DNA of 64,000 bases from Dendrobates tinctorius (Eukaryota), in the NCBI RefSeq assembly GCF_039654945.1, contig NW_027361738.1, positions 20,832,001-20,896,000 of the forward strand. Direction: 5' to 3'. Below, one piece after another: positions 63,916 through 64,000 of the stretch. The stretch's first letter is position 1. Each line of letters opens with the position of its first letter. A program made the position numbers and the translations under genes. Below the pieces are notes generated by a model, which ran no database searches, had not been told where the DNA came from, and saw nothing but the letters and a program-made list of their open reading frames with translations.

Positions 63916-64000
63916 TAGTGTTGAGCAATACCTTCCGCTATCGGGAAATATCGGATCGGATTGGATCGGACCGATACCCCAAAAATATCGGATATCGCCG
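63916..64000. mobile_element. hAT-type MITE left end (runs out of window)
   Basis: TAGTGTTGAGC start with ATCGG/CCGAT subterminal repeats. Confidence 0.6.

Overview
Repeat-dominated, AT-rich vertebrate genomic DNA. The TE repertoire (V-SINE, L2, Kolobok/T2-type TTAA MITEs, Harbinger and hAT MITEs, Tc1, sushi-type chromovirus, hammerhead-bearing Penelope-like remnants) suggests an anuran amphibian; this is inference only. I found no convincing host protein-coding exon, rRNA, tRNA gene or CRISPR array, and most ORFs in the track are repeat-derived noise. The main structure is deeply nested transposons. (1) A two-LTR but defective Ty3/Gypsy chromovirus (35944-41482, minus strand) sits inside a Tc1 element; instead of a tRNA PBS it has a 10-nt PBS complementary to its own predicted transcript 5' end (Tf1/sushi-type self-priming). 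(2) A 5.6-kb non-coding TTAA piggyBac-like element (3840-9440) inside another Tc1 carries telomere-like repeats and a 389/373-bp tandem array with a dimeric higher-order repeat. (3) Two non-autonomous hAT elements with perfect 8-bp TSDs carry related but different minisatellites. (4) Two minimal type I hammerhead ribozyme motifs head AT-rich insertions. (5) Several fold-back (palindromic) insertions, two with long TSDs. Nothing here is demonstrably a new biological system. The best leads are the hammerhead cassettes, the unclassified palindromic insertion with a 14-bp TSD, and internal modules shared between elements with different TIR superfamilies. All coordinates and mismatch counts were read by eye.
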